Of a DNA stretch of 64,000 nt, positions 1-8,423 are shown in pieces. Origin of the DNA: Minisyncoccia bacterium (GTDB lineage Bacteria; Patescibacteriota; Minisyncoccia; 2-02-FULL-40-12; IGHO2-01-FULL-4-A); the NCBI GenBank assembly GCA_041499075.1, contig JBGQJN010000001.1, forward strand, positions 10,388 through 74,387. Reading direction: 5' to 3'. Made by a program: the position numbers and the translations under genes. The notes below the pieces were generated by a model. It ran no database searches. It was not told where the DNA came from and saw only the letters and a list, made by a program, of their open reading frames with translations. Within the stretch, counting starts at the first letter, position 1. The number at the start of each line of letters is the position of its first letter.

Positions 1-445
1 TACCGAAATCACGTTTTGAAACCAGGTACTTCTGTATACGGTGCATAATCAAACGGCCAAGCGAGACAAAGATTATGGCAAAAAACCAGGCGCCCAGAAC
101 CAGAAATCTTGAATTGAAAAGAGTCTGCTGCAAAAAGATATAGATGATTACCACCATAATGCTGGCAGAAGAAGCAACGATAACTTTGAAAAATTCCTCC
201 AGAGTTTTACGCGTACTAGACAAGCTATAGAGCCCGGAAATGGCGTAACAAATTATGAAAATCAGCGACATAGTCAAGATCAAAATAAAGTATTTTTCCA
301 AGGGCAGGTTAAACTGAAAAAGTACTGGCCGAAATGAAGACAAAATCTGTGTCCTCAAAAAGTATGTCGTAAGCCCGGCCAGTATAAGCATGATAAAATC
401 AACCGGTAGAAGCAGGGCGCTGAATGTAAGTTCGGCTTTCTTCAT
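1..445 (-). CDS. Sugar transferase (polyprenyl glycosylphosphotransferase-like), N-terminal membrane part; runs off the window edge
   Basis: Manual translation from ATG at 445 (MKKAELTFSALLLPVDFIMLILAGLTTYFLR...GLYSL...FNSRFLVLGAW) gives several TM helices typical of WcaJ/WbaP-type N-termini. Not in the ORF track. Confidence 0.65.
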   Translation of the reverse strand, partial: MKKAELTFSALLLPVDFIMLILAGLTTYFLRTQILSSFRPVLFQFNLPLEKYFILILTMSLIFIICYAISGLYSLSSTRKTLEEFFKVIVASSASIMVVIIYIFLQQTLFNSRFLVLGAWFFAIIFVSLGRLIMHRIQKYLVSKRDFG

Positions 446-485
446 GGTGTTAAATCTATTATAAAAAGAGTGAATTTTCAATGAC

Positions 486-521
486 CACTCAAAAACCGGC
501 CGTATGGCCGGTTTTTGAGTG
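486..521 (-). terminator. Intrinsic terminator downstream of rnpB
   Basis: Inverted repeat cactcaaaaaccggcc-gtat-ggccggtttttgagtg directly at the 3' end of RNase P RNA. Confidence 0.7.
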
Positions 522-1031
522 CTTGGTAAATCTATAAGCCGAATTCTGTTTTTGTGTGATTATTTATCTGGGACCGGTATTGCTACCGACCTCTAGCGTA
601 CTAACTTTTCGAGGCACCACATTACTGCGATGCAACGCTGTACTTGCACCAGGCAGGGTTTAGCGCGACATCCGCCTTGCGGCGGAGCGATCCCGTTCGG
701 GAACTTTTCACCCGCAGTCCACGGCTTGCGCCGTGGAGCTCGGAATAGTCTCTGTGCCACTTTCCCTAGATTTTCCCAGCTCCACTTTTTCTTATTTACA
801 ATATAAGTAAAATTGTAGTTCTAGATTGTACTACTATCTTACCTTTCTAGAAAACTCGAAAAGTGGGGCTGGGTTATATCCGGCGGCCGTTAACCGCTGC
901 CTTTGGCTTCACTAGTGCTACGCACCGCGTCAGTAAACTTAAGCAGTGCTTGCACTGCGTAGCTTTAGCGGAGCAGTGTTCAGACTTTCCTCCCCGACAT
1001 AATGTGGGGGCAATCACCCGATTTACCAAGC
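521..1031 (-). ncRNA. rnpB: RNase P RNA, enlarged by insertions
   Basis: Minus strand has GAGGAAAGUC near the 5' end, GGAAAGUGGCACAG, GGGUGAAA, and AACAGAAUUCGGCUUAU near the 3' end. The termini pair as P1 (gcttggtaaatc / gatttaccaagc). Confidence 0.93.
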
Positions 1032-1038
1032 TATTTTA

Positions 1039-1067
1039 ATTATACCAAAAATCAAAAAACGAGTCAA
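1039..1067 (-). promoter_or_regulatory. Sigma70-type promoter of rnpB
   Basis: TTGACT-17 bp-TATAAT on the minus strand just upstream of the P1 5' end. Confidence 0.75.
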
Positions 1068-1498
1068 AGTAATCTGTTTAGCTCCTTATCCAGCGCCGCA
1101 TTCACGAGACGGTCGGCACCGCGATTTTTTTCGCGAGGTATGTGCTTAAAAAATACATCACCAAAGTCAACCTTGAGATTCCAGAGCTCCAAAAAATGCT
1201 TTTGTATAGTCTTATCCATAATCTTGTAATGACCGTTGAGCTGACGTTCAATCAATTCGCTGTCCAGATGGACTTCTACTGATGCTCGGCCGACAGCTTC
1301 TTTGCCTGCCAATTGTTTGAGTTTTTTCAAGGCAAAAATCACCGCTTGGTATTCGGCATCATTATTGGTGGTTTCCCCGATGTACTCGCTGTATTCCTTC
1401 TTCAGCGATTTGTCGGCTGCTTCTATTACCACGCCGATCGCCGCCGGTCCGGGGTTCCCACGCGATCCCCCATCTGTATGAATTATGTATTTAGTCAT
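1064..1498 (-). CDS. rnhA: Ribonuclease HI family protein
   Basis: Motifs TDGGSRGNPGPA, TNNDAEY, DSEL and HIPREKNRGADRL. Confidence 0.9.
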   Translation of the reverse strand: MTKYIIHTDGGSRGNPGPAAIGVVIEAADKSLKKEYSEYIGETTNNDAEYQAVIFALKKLKQLAGKEAVGRASVEVHLDSELIERQLNGHYKIMDKTIQKHFLELWNLKVDFGDVFFKHIPREKNRGADRLVNAALDKELNRLL

Positions 1499-2621
1499 AG
1501 TAATTTAGAGCTTCCAACCCGGGTAGTTTGTTGCCGGCAAGGAATTCCAGCATTGCACCGCCGCCGGTTGAGACAAAGCTCATTTTATCCAAAAGCCCGA
1601 GTTTGCCCACAGCGGATATGGTATCACCGCCGCCGATGATAGACACTGCCGCCGAAGCTACGGCAACACTGACGGCGTTAGTGCCTGCGGCAAACTCTTC
1701 TACCTCCGACAAGCCCATCGGCCCGTTCCAAACTACCATAGATGATCCGGCAATAATTTCCGCAAATTTCTTGGCCGTTTCCGGTCCAATATCAACTATC
1801 AAAAACTCCGGCTCAATGTCTTTAACCGCAGAAACTTCCGTACCAGATTTACCAGTTTTGTCATCAGAAATTAAAATATCTTCCGACAATAATATTTTAT
1901 CACTTTTTACGTCCAGTGAAACCGTATCGTCCACAACCGAATAGCCTACGTTGACGCCGTTTGCCTTGAAAAAATTATTCGCTATGGCACCGCCTATCAA
2001 AATTCGCTCCGCTTTGTCCAAAAAATTCTTAATAACCGGCAGTTTAGTTGAGATCTTGGCTCCGCCCATGACCAACACCTTGCCGGCAGAAGGCGCTTCA
2101 ATTGCTTTGGATAGACTCTCCGTTTCTTTTCTTATTAAAAATCCAGCATATGACGGTAAATGCTTAATAATGGCCGCTACCGAGGCGTGGTTACGGTGGC
2201 AAACCGCGAAAGCATCATTGACATAATAGTCAAAACCTGCCGCCAACTCTGCCGCGAATCCATCATCGTTTTTCTCCTCGCGCGGGTCTTGGCGAATATT
2301 ATCAAGGAGTAGTAGCGGACCCACCCCGAATAGTTTATCAACCGCGCCCAGTTCAGAGTGAGGTACCAAGGTAAGGGTATGATTCAGTATCTCGCCCAAT
2401 TCCTCCACTATCGGGCCAAAAGTATCGCCAATATCAATATGGCTAATCAAAAGCATTTTGGCACCGTTCCCCAATAGATAATCTATCGTCTCTTTGTTGG
2501 CTTTAACTTTGAAACTATCGACAATTTTGCCATCCTCCACCGGCACATTAAAATCCACCCGCAGTAAAACTTTTTTGCCGGCCAAATCTTCTTTTTTTAG
2601 CTCTTCTACAAATTTAATCAT
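1491..2621 (-). CDS. pgk: Phosphoglycerate kinase
   Basis: Motifs LRVDFNVP, YVNDAF, WNGPMG, GGGDT and STGGGA. Confidence 0.97.
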   Translation of the reverse strand: MIKFVEELKKEDLAGKKVLLRVDFNVPVEDGKIVDSFKVKANKETIDYLLGNGAKMLLISHIDIGDTFGPIVEELGEILNHTLTLVPHSELGAVDKLFGVGPLLLLDNIRQDPREEKNDDGFAAELAAGFDYYVNDAFAVCHRNHASVAAIIKHLPSYAGFLIRKETESLSKAIEAPSAGKVLVMGGAKISTKLPVIKNFLDKAERILIGGAIANNFFKANGVNVGYSVVDDTVSLDVKSDKILLSEDILISDDKTGKSGTEVSAVKDIEPEFLIVDIGPETAKKFAEIIAGSSMVVWNGPMGLSEVEEFAAGTNAVSVAVASAAVSIIGGGDTISAVGKLGLLDKMSFVSTGGGAMLEFLAGNKLPGLEALNYYD

Positions 2622-2628
2622 TAATTAA

Positions 2629-3627
2629 TTATACCAAATTTTCGTCTATGGTTTCCAATACCTTTCGCTTAAGATTGTAGCCATTGCCATACTCAAGCAT
2701 GCCCAAGTAAGAATCGGCAACTTCTTTTTTAACACCACAAGAAATCTTTTTAAACATTCGTCTTCTAGTTGTAGTCCTCAAAACTCTGTGATCTGGAAAA
2801 TTGACCCAGCCGAGAAAATCTACACCGGAAGTTATTGTTCTAATTGAGATTTTGTCTTGATGTAATTTCAGATGAAGTTTTCTATCTAAGAACTCCCCTA
2901 TCCTAGATAGAGCCAACCGAAGCCAAACTTTATCTTTGGATAAAACAACAAAGTCGTCAGCATAACGGATATAATATTTGGCACCAAGTTCATGCTTAAT
3001 GAACTGGTCAAACTCATTCATATAAATATTTACAAAAAGCTGGGAGGTCAGATTGCCCAAGGGTAAACCCCTACCATAACCAGCCGAGAAGCTATCAATA
3101 ACTTGCGACAAAAGCAATAATACATCCTGATCGGAAACATATTGAGATAATATGTTTTTCAAAATGACGTGATTAATATTTTCAAAAAACTTTTTGATAT
3201 CACACTTGAGCGTCCAACAAGTTCGGGTGTTGTTACTACTGGCTTGGTAAGCAAAACTTCTGAAATGATTGATAGCTTTGTGCGTTCCCTTGTTTAATCT
3301 GCAGGAAAAAGAATCGGCCACAAAGACCCGATCAAAAAACGGATACAAAATTCTGTAGATAGCATGGTGAAGAAGACGATCTCGGACCGGCGCTTTGTGT
3401 ATATGCCTTGGTTTCGGATCAGAGATATTGAACGCTTGATATCCGCCGTGTTTATATGTATGATTGGCAAGATGCAATTGCAAACTTAATATATTATCCA
3501 TCAGGTTTAACTGAAAGTCCTGCACGTCACGCTTGTTTCGTTTACCTTTAACGAATTCTCGCCAAGCCTCTAGCAAATTATCAACACTAATTATATCCTC
3601 AAATTTATGAGCCAAAATAGTTTTCAT
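2629..3627 (-). CDS. DGR-type reverse transcriptase (start at 3627, or 3675)
   Basis: Motifs RDRLLHHA, KCDIKKFF, GLPLGNLTSQ (DGR-type SQ motif), RYADDF and DFLG. About 330-350 aa with no endonuclease domain, adjacent to TR and avd. Confidence 0.93.
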   Translation of the reverse strand: MKTILAHKFEDIISVDNLLEAWREFVKGKRNKRDVQDFQLNLMDNILSLQLHLANHTYKHGGYQAFNISDPKPRHIHKAPVRDRLLHHAIYRILYPFFDRVFVADSFSCRLNKGTHKAINHFRSFAYQASSNNTRTCWTLKCDIKKFFENINHVILKNILSQYVSDQDVLLLLSQVIDSFSAGYGRGLPLGNLTSQLFVNIYMNEFDQFIKHELGAKYYIRYADDFVVLSKDKVWLRLALSRIGEFLDRKLHLKLHQDKISIRTITSGVDFLGWVNFPDHRVLRTTTRRRMFKKISCGVKKEVADSYLGMLEYGNGYNLKRKVLETIDENLV

Positions 3628-3667
3628 TTCAATAATCCATCTTCTAAGCCCCCCCCCCAGGCCTTCA

Positions 3668-4009
3668 ATGTCCATTATCCAAAGATTTGTCGCGGCATAC
3701 AAGCTTTGGCAAGAGTACATCAGCCACTTTCCGAAAAAATCTCGATATACGCTTGGAGGCAAAATTGACTCTCTTTTCATAGATACCGCAGAACTGATGT
3801 TTACTGCAAGTTATCTCACAAAAGACAAGAAACTGCCATATATTCAAAAAGCGTTGGGCACTTTTGATTTATTAAAATTCTTTCTGCAAATAGCTTGGGA
3901 AATCGGATCAATGGATAACAAGAAATATGCTGCGTTATCTGAACCGCTTAGTGAAATAGGAAGAATGCTCGGAGCCTGGTACAAACAAACACAAACCCCG
4001 TCTAAATAG
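3668..4009 (+). CDS. avd: Avd-like accessory variability determinant (four-helix bundle)
   Basis: 113 aa basic helical protein with FPKKSRYTLG near the N-terminus and EIGRMLGAW near the C-terminus, located between TR and RT. Confidence 0.85.
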   Translation: MSIIQRFVAAYKLWQEYISHFPKKSRYTLGGKIDSLFIDTAELMFTASYLTKDKKLPYIQKALGTFDLLKFFLQIAWEIGSMDNKKYAALSEPLSEIGRMLGAWYKQTQTPSK

Positions 4010-4020
4010 GCGGGTTTTGT
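3991..4020. terminator. Hairpin between the avd end and the TR 3' end (possible bidirectional terminator or DGR RNA structure)
   Basis: Imperfect inverted repeat acaaaccccgtcta-aa-taggcgggttttgt. Confidence 0.55.
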
Positions 4021-4037
4021 AAAAATAACATTAGTTT

Positions 4038-4168
4038 CGGACAGCAGCGAAGCGGCAGTTGTCATTCCACCTGTTGTCGTTCCAGTTCAGGTTCAGCTTG
4101 CGCTTCGAGCCGTTCCTGTTGAGGTAAGGCACGTTGCGGTTGTCGTTGCTATTCTGCCACACGGAGCC
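4038..4168 (-). repeat. DGR template repeat (TR)
   Basis: Ungapped 131-bp match to 4519-4649, rich in AAC/AAT codons (reads GSVWQNSNDNRNVPYLNRNGSKRKLNLNWNDNRWNDNCRFAAVR). Confidence 0.95.
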
Positions 4169-4424
4169 GTGTACAAGATATCATCTTTACCACTGCCCCT
4201 TGAATACTCTCAGGGCTGTATCGTATTTGGGATCTATAATCCTCCAATACCTTGTACCAAGTATTGTTATTTTAAGAGAAACTAGCGAGGCACGCTGAGA
4301 GAAGCCGTAACCGCCCCCATTCTGTCCTGCATAGCTCTAGAATTCGGCCACCGGAAGCCTTAACCGCCGGCAGATTCGCCTAATATCCAGATATATTAGA
4401 ACATATATTTTTATAAAAATGAAG

Positions 4425-4457
4425 AACTCCCGCTCGCGGAAACCGCGAACGGGAGTT
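4425..4457. other. GC-rich stem-loop downstream of VR (candidate retrohoming hairpin or terminator)
   Basis: aactcccgctcgcgg-aaa-ccgcgaacgggagtt, about 55 bp past the target stop codon. Confidence 0.6.
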
Positions 4458-4511
4458 AGGAGACCAGGGGTCCAGGGATCAACGGACCCAGAACTCCAGG
4501 AATCAGGGAAC

Positions 4512-5120
4512 CTACTTGCGGACAGCAGCGAAGCGGCAGCCGCCACTCCACCCGCCGTCGCTCCAGCCCAGGAACAGCCCGCGCTCCGAGCCGCCCCCGA
4601 TGAGGCAAGGCACGCTGCGGAAGCCGCTGCTATCCTGCCACACGGAGCCAAGAGCGAAGATTGGGAACTCGCGCTGCTTTTCCGGGTAGGTGACACCGAA
4701 GGCCAGTAGCTCAAGGAGAATCGCCGGACGCATGCCCTTTGACTCGAGGTCTTTGAGCACGTCGTCAGTCGACATATTCCGCCCATAGTGAACGAGCTCG
4801 ATGACGACATCCTGCTGGCCGCTGCCTTGGATCGGGAAGTGGTCGGCGTTGATGTCCTCATTCGCCCAGTCGTACTTGCCGGCCACGATCATCTCCTTGA
4901 GGGACTGGCCGTAGTTGACGACGACCTTGTAGCAGTTCTCGGCCACTCCGACCGCCGCGTCGATCAGCTTCAGAACGAACTCGTCGGTCAGCCGCTTGAT
5001 TGTGTCTTCGGACAGGCCGAGGATCGCTTCCTCCGCCTGGCGCAGCTTGACCGCGCCGATGATCCGAGTGGTGATGGTTGATACGAACCCGAACGCCGAA
5101 CCGATCGCTGACTTTGCCAT
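4512..5120 (-). CDS. DGR target protein with C-terminal variable region (probable C-type-lectin-like fold)
   Basis: 3' end is the VR, ending ...GWSDGGWSGGCRFAAVRK; AAGGAG RBS upstream. The fold is inferred from known DGR targets. Confidence 0.9.
   Translation of the reverse strand: MAKSAIGSAFGFVSTITTRIIGAVKLRQAEEAILGLSEDTIKRLTDEFVLKLIDAAVGVAENCYKVVVNYGQSLKEMIVAGKYDWANEDINADHFPIQGSGQQDVVIELVHYGRNMSTDDVLKDLESKGMRPAILLELLAFGVTYPEKQREFPIFALGSVWQDSSGFRSVPCLIGGGSERGLFLGWSDGGWSGGCRFAAVRK
4519..4649 (-). repeat. DGR variable repeat (VR)
   Basis: 26 mismatches to TR, all at TR adenines (21 A->G, 5 A->T, 0 A->C). Confidence 0.95.
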
Positions 5121-5279
5121 GATCTTTCTCCTTTGTTTGGCTTACCCCTCACCCCATGGATTGCAGGGCCCCAGGCTTGCCGTTTTGGGTACAGCTTACA
5201 GAGCTCAATAAAATAAGCATCTAGAAGCTATACCCAGCCGTAATAAGTAGCCATTTAAAAGTACTATTTTGATAGTTCA

Positions 5280-5308
5280 ATTATAGCAAAATTTAATGAT
5301 AAAGTCAA
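5280..5308 (-). promoter_or_regulatory. Sigma70-type promoter upstream of the DGR target
   Basis: TTGACT-17 bp-TATAAT with an extended TG. Confidence 0.7.
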
Positions 5309-5321
5309 GCTAGACAAAATA

Positions 5322-6068
5322 CTATCCTAATGTAGCGGCTATTTTCGAAATCTCCGCAAATTCTTGTTTGTGCAAACTGGCACCGCCGATGACGGCGCCG
5401 GATATTTCTGGGTACTTGAGGAAATCAGCTACATTTTTTTCATTAACAGAGCCACCGTACAAACAGCCTGTGGCCGAGAGCTTATAGCTGATAGCTAAAA
5501 AATCTTTAATGATTTTAATGGCCCCAAGCGTATTTTCGGGAGTATCGGGTTCAGCTCCCGGTGCAGTGCTTATCGCCCAAACCGGCTCGTAGGTAATGAG
5601 AATTTTAGAAACTTCGCCGGCATTTAAGCCATTCAAATCAGCAGTTATCTGGTCTTCTAAAATCTTTTTTCTGTCGTCTCCTCTGTTTCGTTCGCCAACA
5701 AGCAAAACCGGGGTTATGCCGGCAGCCAACGCCGCTTTGATTTTTTTATTTATCACCTCGTCGGTTTCGCCTATTTTGTAACGCCTGTCCGAATGACCAA
5801 CCAAGACATGGGTTACGCCAAAATTCTTTAGCATATCCGGAGAAATCTCGCCAGTATAAGGCCCGGACCCCTCCCAAAATATATCTTGGGCGCCAAGATG
5901 TTCTCTGTCTATCTTAGACAGTTCTTCAATAAAAATCACCGGCGGACAGATCACGCTCGTTATACTGGCATATTCGCCGGCAGACTTAACTTCGGCGGCA
6001 AAAAGATCCTGTGCTTCATCTAGCTTAGCCGGGTTCATTTTCCAGTTTGCAATGATAATTTTTGTCAT
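5322..6068 (-). CDS. tpiA: Triosephosphate isomerase
   Basis: Motifs IANWKMN, GPYTGEIS, VGHSDRR, YEPVWAI and LYGGSV; start taken at MTKIII. Confidence 0.96.
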   Translation of the reverse strand: MTKIIIANWKMNPAKLDEAQDLFAAEVKSAGEYASITSVICPPVIFIEELSKIDREHLGAQDIFWEGSGPYTGEISPDMLKNFGVTHVLVGHSDRRYKIGETDEVINKKIKAALAAGITPVLLVGERNRGDDRKKILEDQITADLNGLNAGEVSKILITYEPVWAISTAPGAEPDTPENTLGAIKIIKDFLAISYKLSATGCLYGGSVNEKNVADFLKYPEISGAVIGGASLHKQEFAEISKIAATLG

Positions 6069-6676
6069 TTCTTTTTTTTGATATGTTTCCAAACAAACCA
6101 GATCAAGCCAACAATAATTACCGCCCCGATCACAAGTTCAAATTTCTGAAAATACGGCCTCAAAACATCCCAGTGATTACCCGTAACATAGCCAATGTAA
6201 ACCAGCGGCAGATTCCAAACTAATGACCCAAGTAGAGTGTACCAAACAAATCTTTTAAAATTAATACGGCTAACACCAATAATCAAAGAACTGAAAGTCC
6301 TGACACCCGGTAAAAGTCTTGAAAAGAAGGCAATCTTCGCTTCATAACGACCTGACCAGCTTTCAAGCTTTCTGACATCGGATTGATTTATCAAAAAGTA
6401 TTTACCGTAACGATCGACTAGCGGCCGTCCACCTAAGAATCCAACGGTATAGATCGCCACCGCTCCGGCAATATTTGCCGCCGTTGCGATCAGTACGATT
6501 AGCCACAGATTAAGTTTGCCGCTTGAAGCTAGGAAACCGCTAAAAGGCAAAACTACCTCTGACGGAATCGGTATGGCGGCGCTTTCAAGCATCATTGTAA
6601 AAAAAATACCGCCATAACCGAACTTGGCAATCAGAGCTAGGGCCCAAGCTACTATTTTTTCTATAATTGGACTCAT
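6065..6676 (-). CDS. DedA family membrane protein
   Basis: Motifs LESAAIPIPSEVVLPFSG and FFSRLLPGVRT. Confidence 0.9.
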   Translation of the reverse strand: MSPIIEKIVAWALALIAKFGYGGIFFTMMLESAAIPIPSEVVLPFSGFLASSGKLNLWLIVLIATAANIAGAVAIYTVGFLGGRPLVDRYGKYFLINQSDVRKLESWSGRYEAKIAFFSRLLPGVRTFSSLIIGVSRINFKRFVWYTLLGSLVWNLPLVYIGYVTGNHWDVLRPYFQKFELVIGAVIIVGLIWFVWKHIKKKK

Positions 6677-6679
6677 TTT

Positions 6680-7681
6680 TTAAATATGCGTTTCTTTCAG
6701 TATTTTGGCCGACTCATCCGGGTCAACTACATTTACATCAATGCCACTGCCCAATTCAAAAGCGCCGATCATTGAAACCTTTGGTATTATTTCTATATGC
6801 CAAGTGTAAAAATTATGAGCATCAATTTCTGTTGTATCGAGGGGCGCAGTGTGAATAAAAAAATTGTAATCGGGATTATTCAAACCGGCGTGCATATTTT
6901 TCAACACTATTTGCATAGCTTCGCCTAGATAAGTAAGCTGCTCTTCGGGCATCTTTTCAAAGTGGGCATGGCCTGTCTGCGGGAATATCCGGACTTCGTA
7001 GGGAGTTCTGGAAATAAAAGGACAAAAGGCGATAAAATATTCATTCTCATAAAGTATTCTTTTCTTTTCTTCTTTCTCCCAGTCAATCATGACGTCATAA
7101 ATCCGTTTTTTATTTTTTTTATAGAACTCAGCCGAACCGTTAATGCTCCTTTTGACATCCGGCGGCAGAACCGGAATGGAAATAATTTGGGAATGCGGGT
7201 GCTCGATGCTTGCTCCAGCTTGAGGTCCGTTGTTGTGGAAAATTAAAGTATATTTGCGAGAGCTGTGATCCAGCATGTCGAGATACCTGTCCTGGTAAAT
7301 CTTGAAAACTCTGGCCAATTCTTCTTTTGAAAATTGCCATAATTGCTTATCGTGATCCCTGAAAATCACTATCTCGTGCCGGCCAACGCCGTTTTCAACA
7401 TTGAATGGGCCGGCCTTTTTGATCTGGGCAATTTCACCTTCTAAAACGGCTGGGAATTTATTTTTGGTAACTTTGGCCGACCAGTCTGACTTATCATCAT
7501 TCCAGTAGGTCGCCAAAACCACGTTGCCGTATTTCTCCGGATCTTCAAAAGGGCACTTGTCCTTGGATAGCGCTTCAACCTCGGGCTTTTCTTTTTTGAT
7601 AGTGTCCGGCCTCTTAGCTCTGCCGGTCGCAAACAATACCCATTCGCCGGAAACCAGATCTTCACGAAATTCGTTTAACAT
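6680..7681 (-). CDS. galT: Galactose-1-phosphate uridylyltransferase-like protein (HIT/GalT)
   Basis: Motifs RAKRP, CPF, AGASIEHPHSQ and WHIEIIP. Confidence 0.88.
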   Translation of the reverse strand: MLNEFREDLVSGEWVLFATGRAKRPDTIKKEKPEVEALSKDKCPFEDPEKYGNVVLATYWNDDKSDWSAKVTKNKFPAVLEGEIAQIKKAGPFNVENGVGRHEIVIFRDHDKQLWQFSKEELARVFKIYQDRYLDMLDHSSRKYTLIFHNNGPQAGASIEHPHSQIISIPVLPPDVKRSINGSAEFYKKNKKRIYDVMIDWEKEEKKRILYENEYFIAFCPFISRTPYEVRIFPQTGHAHFEKMPEEQLTYLGEAMQIVLKNMHAGLNNPDYNFFIHTAPLDTTEIDAHNFYTWHIEIIPKVSMIGAFELGSGIDVNVVDPDESAKILKETHI

Positions 7682-7688
7682 AGTTTAG

Positions 7689-8408
7689 TTATTTGTACTT
7701 ATTAGTCCACAAGTTCCATCTGATCCGCAAAACCTCCAGTAACATCCTGACCTTGCTCTTAAGCCCGCTGAACCTGCTGTCCAGATCATTAACCCATATG
7801 ATCGGTACCTCCTTGATCTTAAAATTCATTTTACGGGCAATCGCCAGTATCTCTACGTCAAAAGATCCTCCAAATATTGTCTGCTTCGGAAAAATAGCTG
7901 AAGCCGCTTTAGCCGAGAAAACCTTGAAGCCGGCTTGTGAGTCGGTTACACCAATCGGCACCAGAATATGGACTATGAAACGGAAAATGCTGCCTAGAAA
8001 ATCTCTCAGTAACGGCTGTTTGACGGCAATATCTGATCCGGCAATACGGCGAGAACCGATAACCATATCGTAGCCCTGATCGAAAAATGGCAAAAATCCC
8101 TCAACCTGATCCACGGTCGTAGAATTATCCGCGTCCATAAATAATCTGTAATCTCCGTGCGTCCCAAGCATACCCTGCTTCACCACCCAGCCCTTGCCGT
8201 GATTTTCTTTGTTATCAATCAGCTTGAGATTCTTTACTTGCGACGAGAGCCCCGAGACAACCGCCGCGGTATTGTCACGTGATCCATCATTGACAACGAC
8301 GATCTCGTACTCATACGTTTGCCTCGCCAAATACTCATGTACGCTCAAAAGCGTCTTGGTAATGCGTTTTTCCTCATTATAGGCCGGAATTATTACGGAA
8401 AAATACAT
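7689..8408 (-). CDS. GT2 glycosyltransferase (dolichyl-phosphate beta-glucosyltransferase-like)
   Basis: Motifs SVIIPAYNEE, VNDGSRD, FMDAD and DSQAGFK. Confidence 0.9.
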   Translation of the reverse strand: MYFSVIIPAYNEEKRITKTLLSVHEYLARQTYEYEIVVVNDGSRDNTAAVVSGLSSQVKNLKLIDNKENHGKGWVVKQGMLGTHGDYRLFMDADNSTTVDQVEGFLPFFDQGYDMVIGSRRIAGSDIAVKQPLLRDFLGSIFRFIVHILVPIGVTDSQAGFKVFSAKAASAIFPKQTIFGGSFDVEILAIARKMNFKIKEVPIIWVNDLDSRFSGLKSKVRMLLEVLRIRWNLWTNKYK

Positions 8409-8423
8409 AAGACAATATTATCA

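Larger units (their letters stand above)
2629..5120 (-). mobile_element. Diversity-generating retroelement (target/VR - TR - inverted avd - RT)
   Basis: All four components are present, and the TR/VR mismatches occur only at TR adenines. Confidence 0.95.

Noticed and set aside
2629-3780. RT as a group II intron or retron, and the 383-aa extended start
   Set aside because: The SQ motif, Avd and an adenine-specific TR/VR pair identify a DGR. The extension to 3780 overlaps avd on the opposite strand.
4337-4861. Alternative-frame and antisense ORFs over the DGR target
   Set aside because: These are shadows of a GC-rich gene. The frame 4512-5120 has an RBS and places variable sites in AAY codons.
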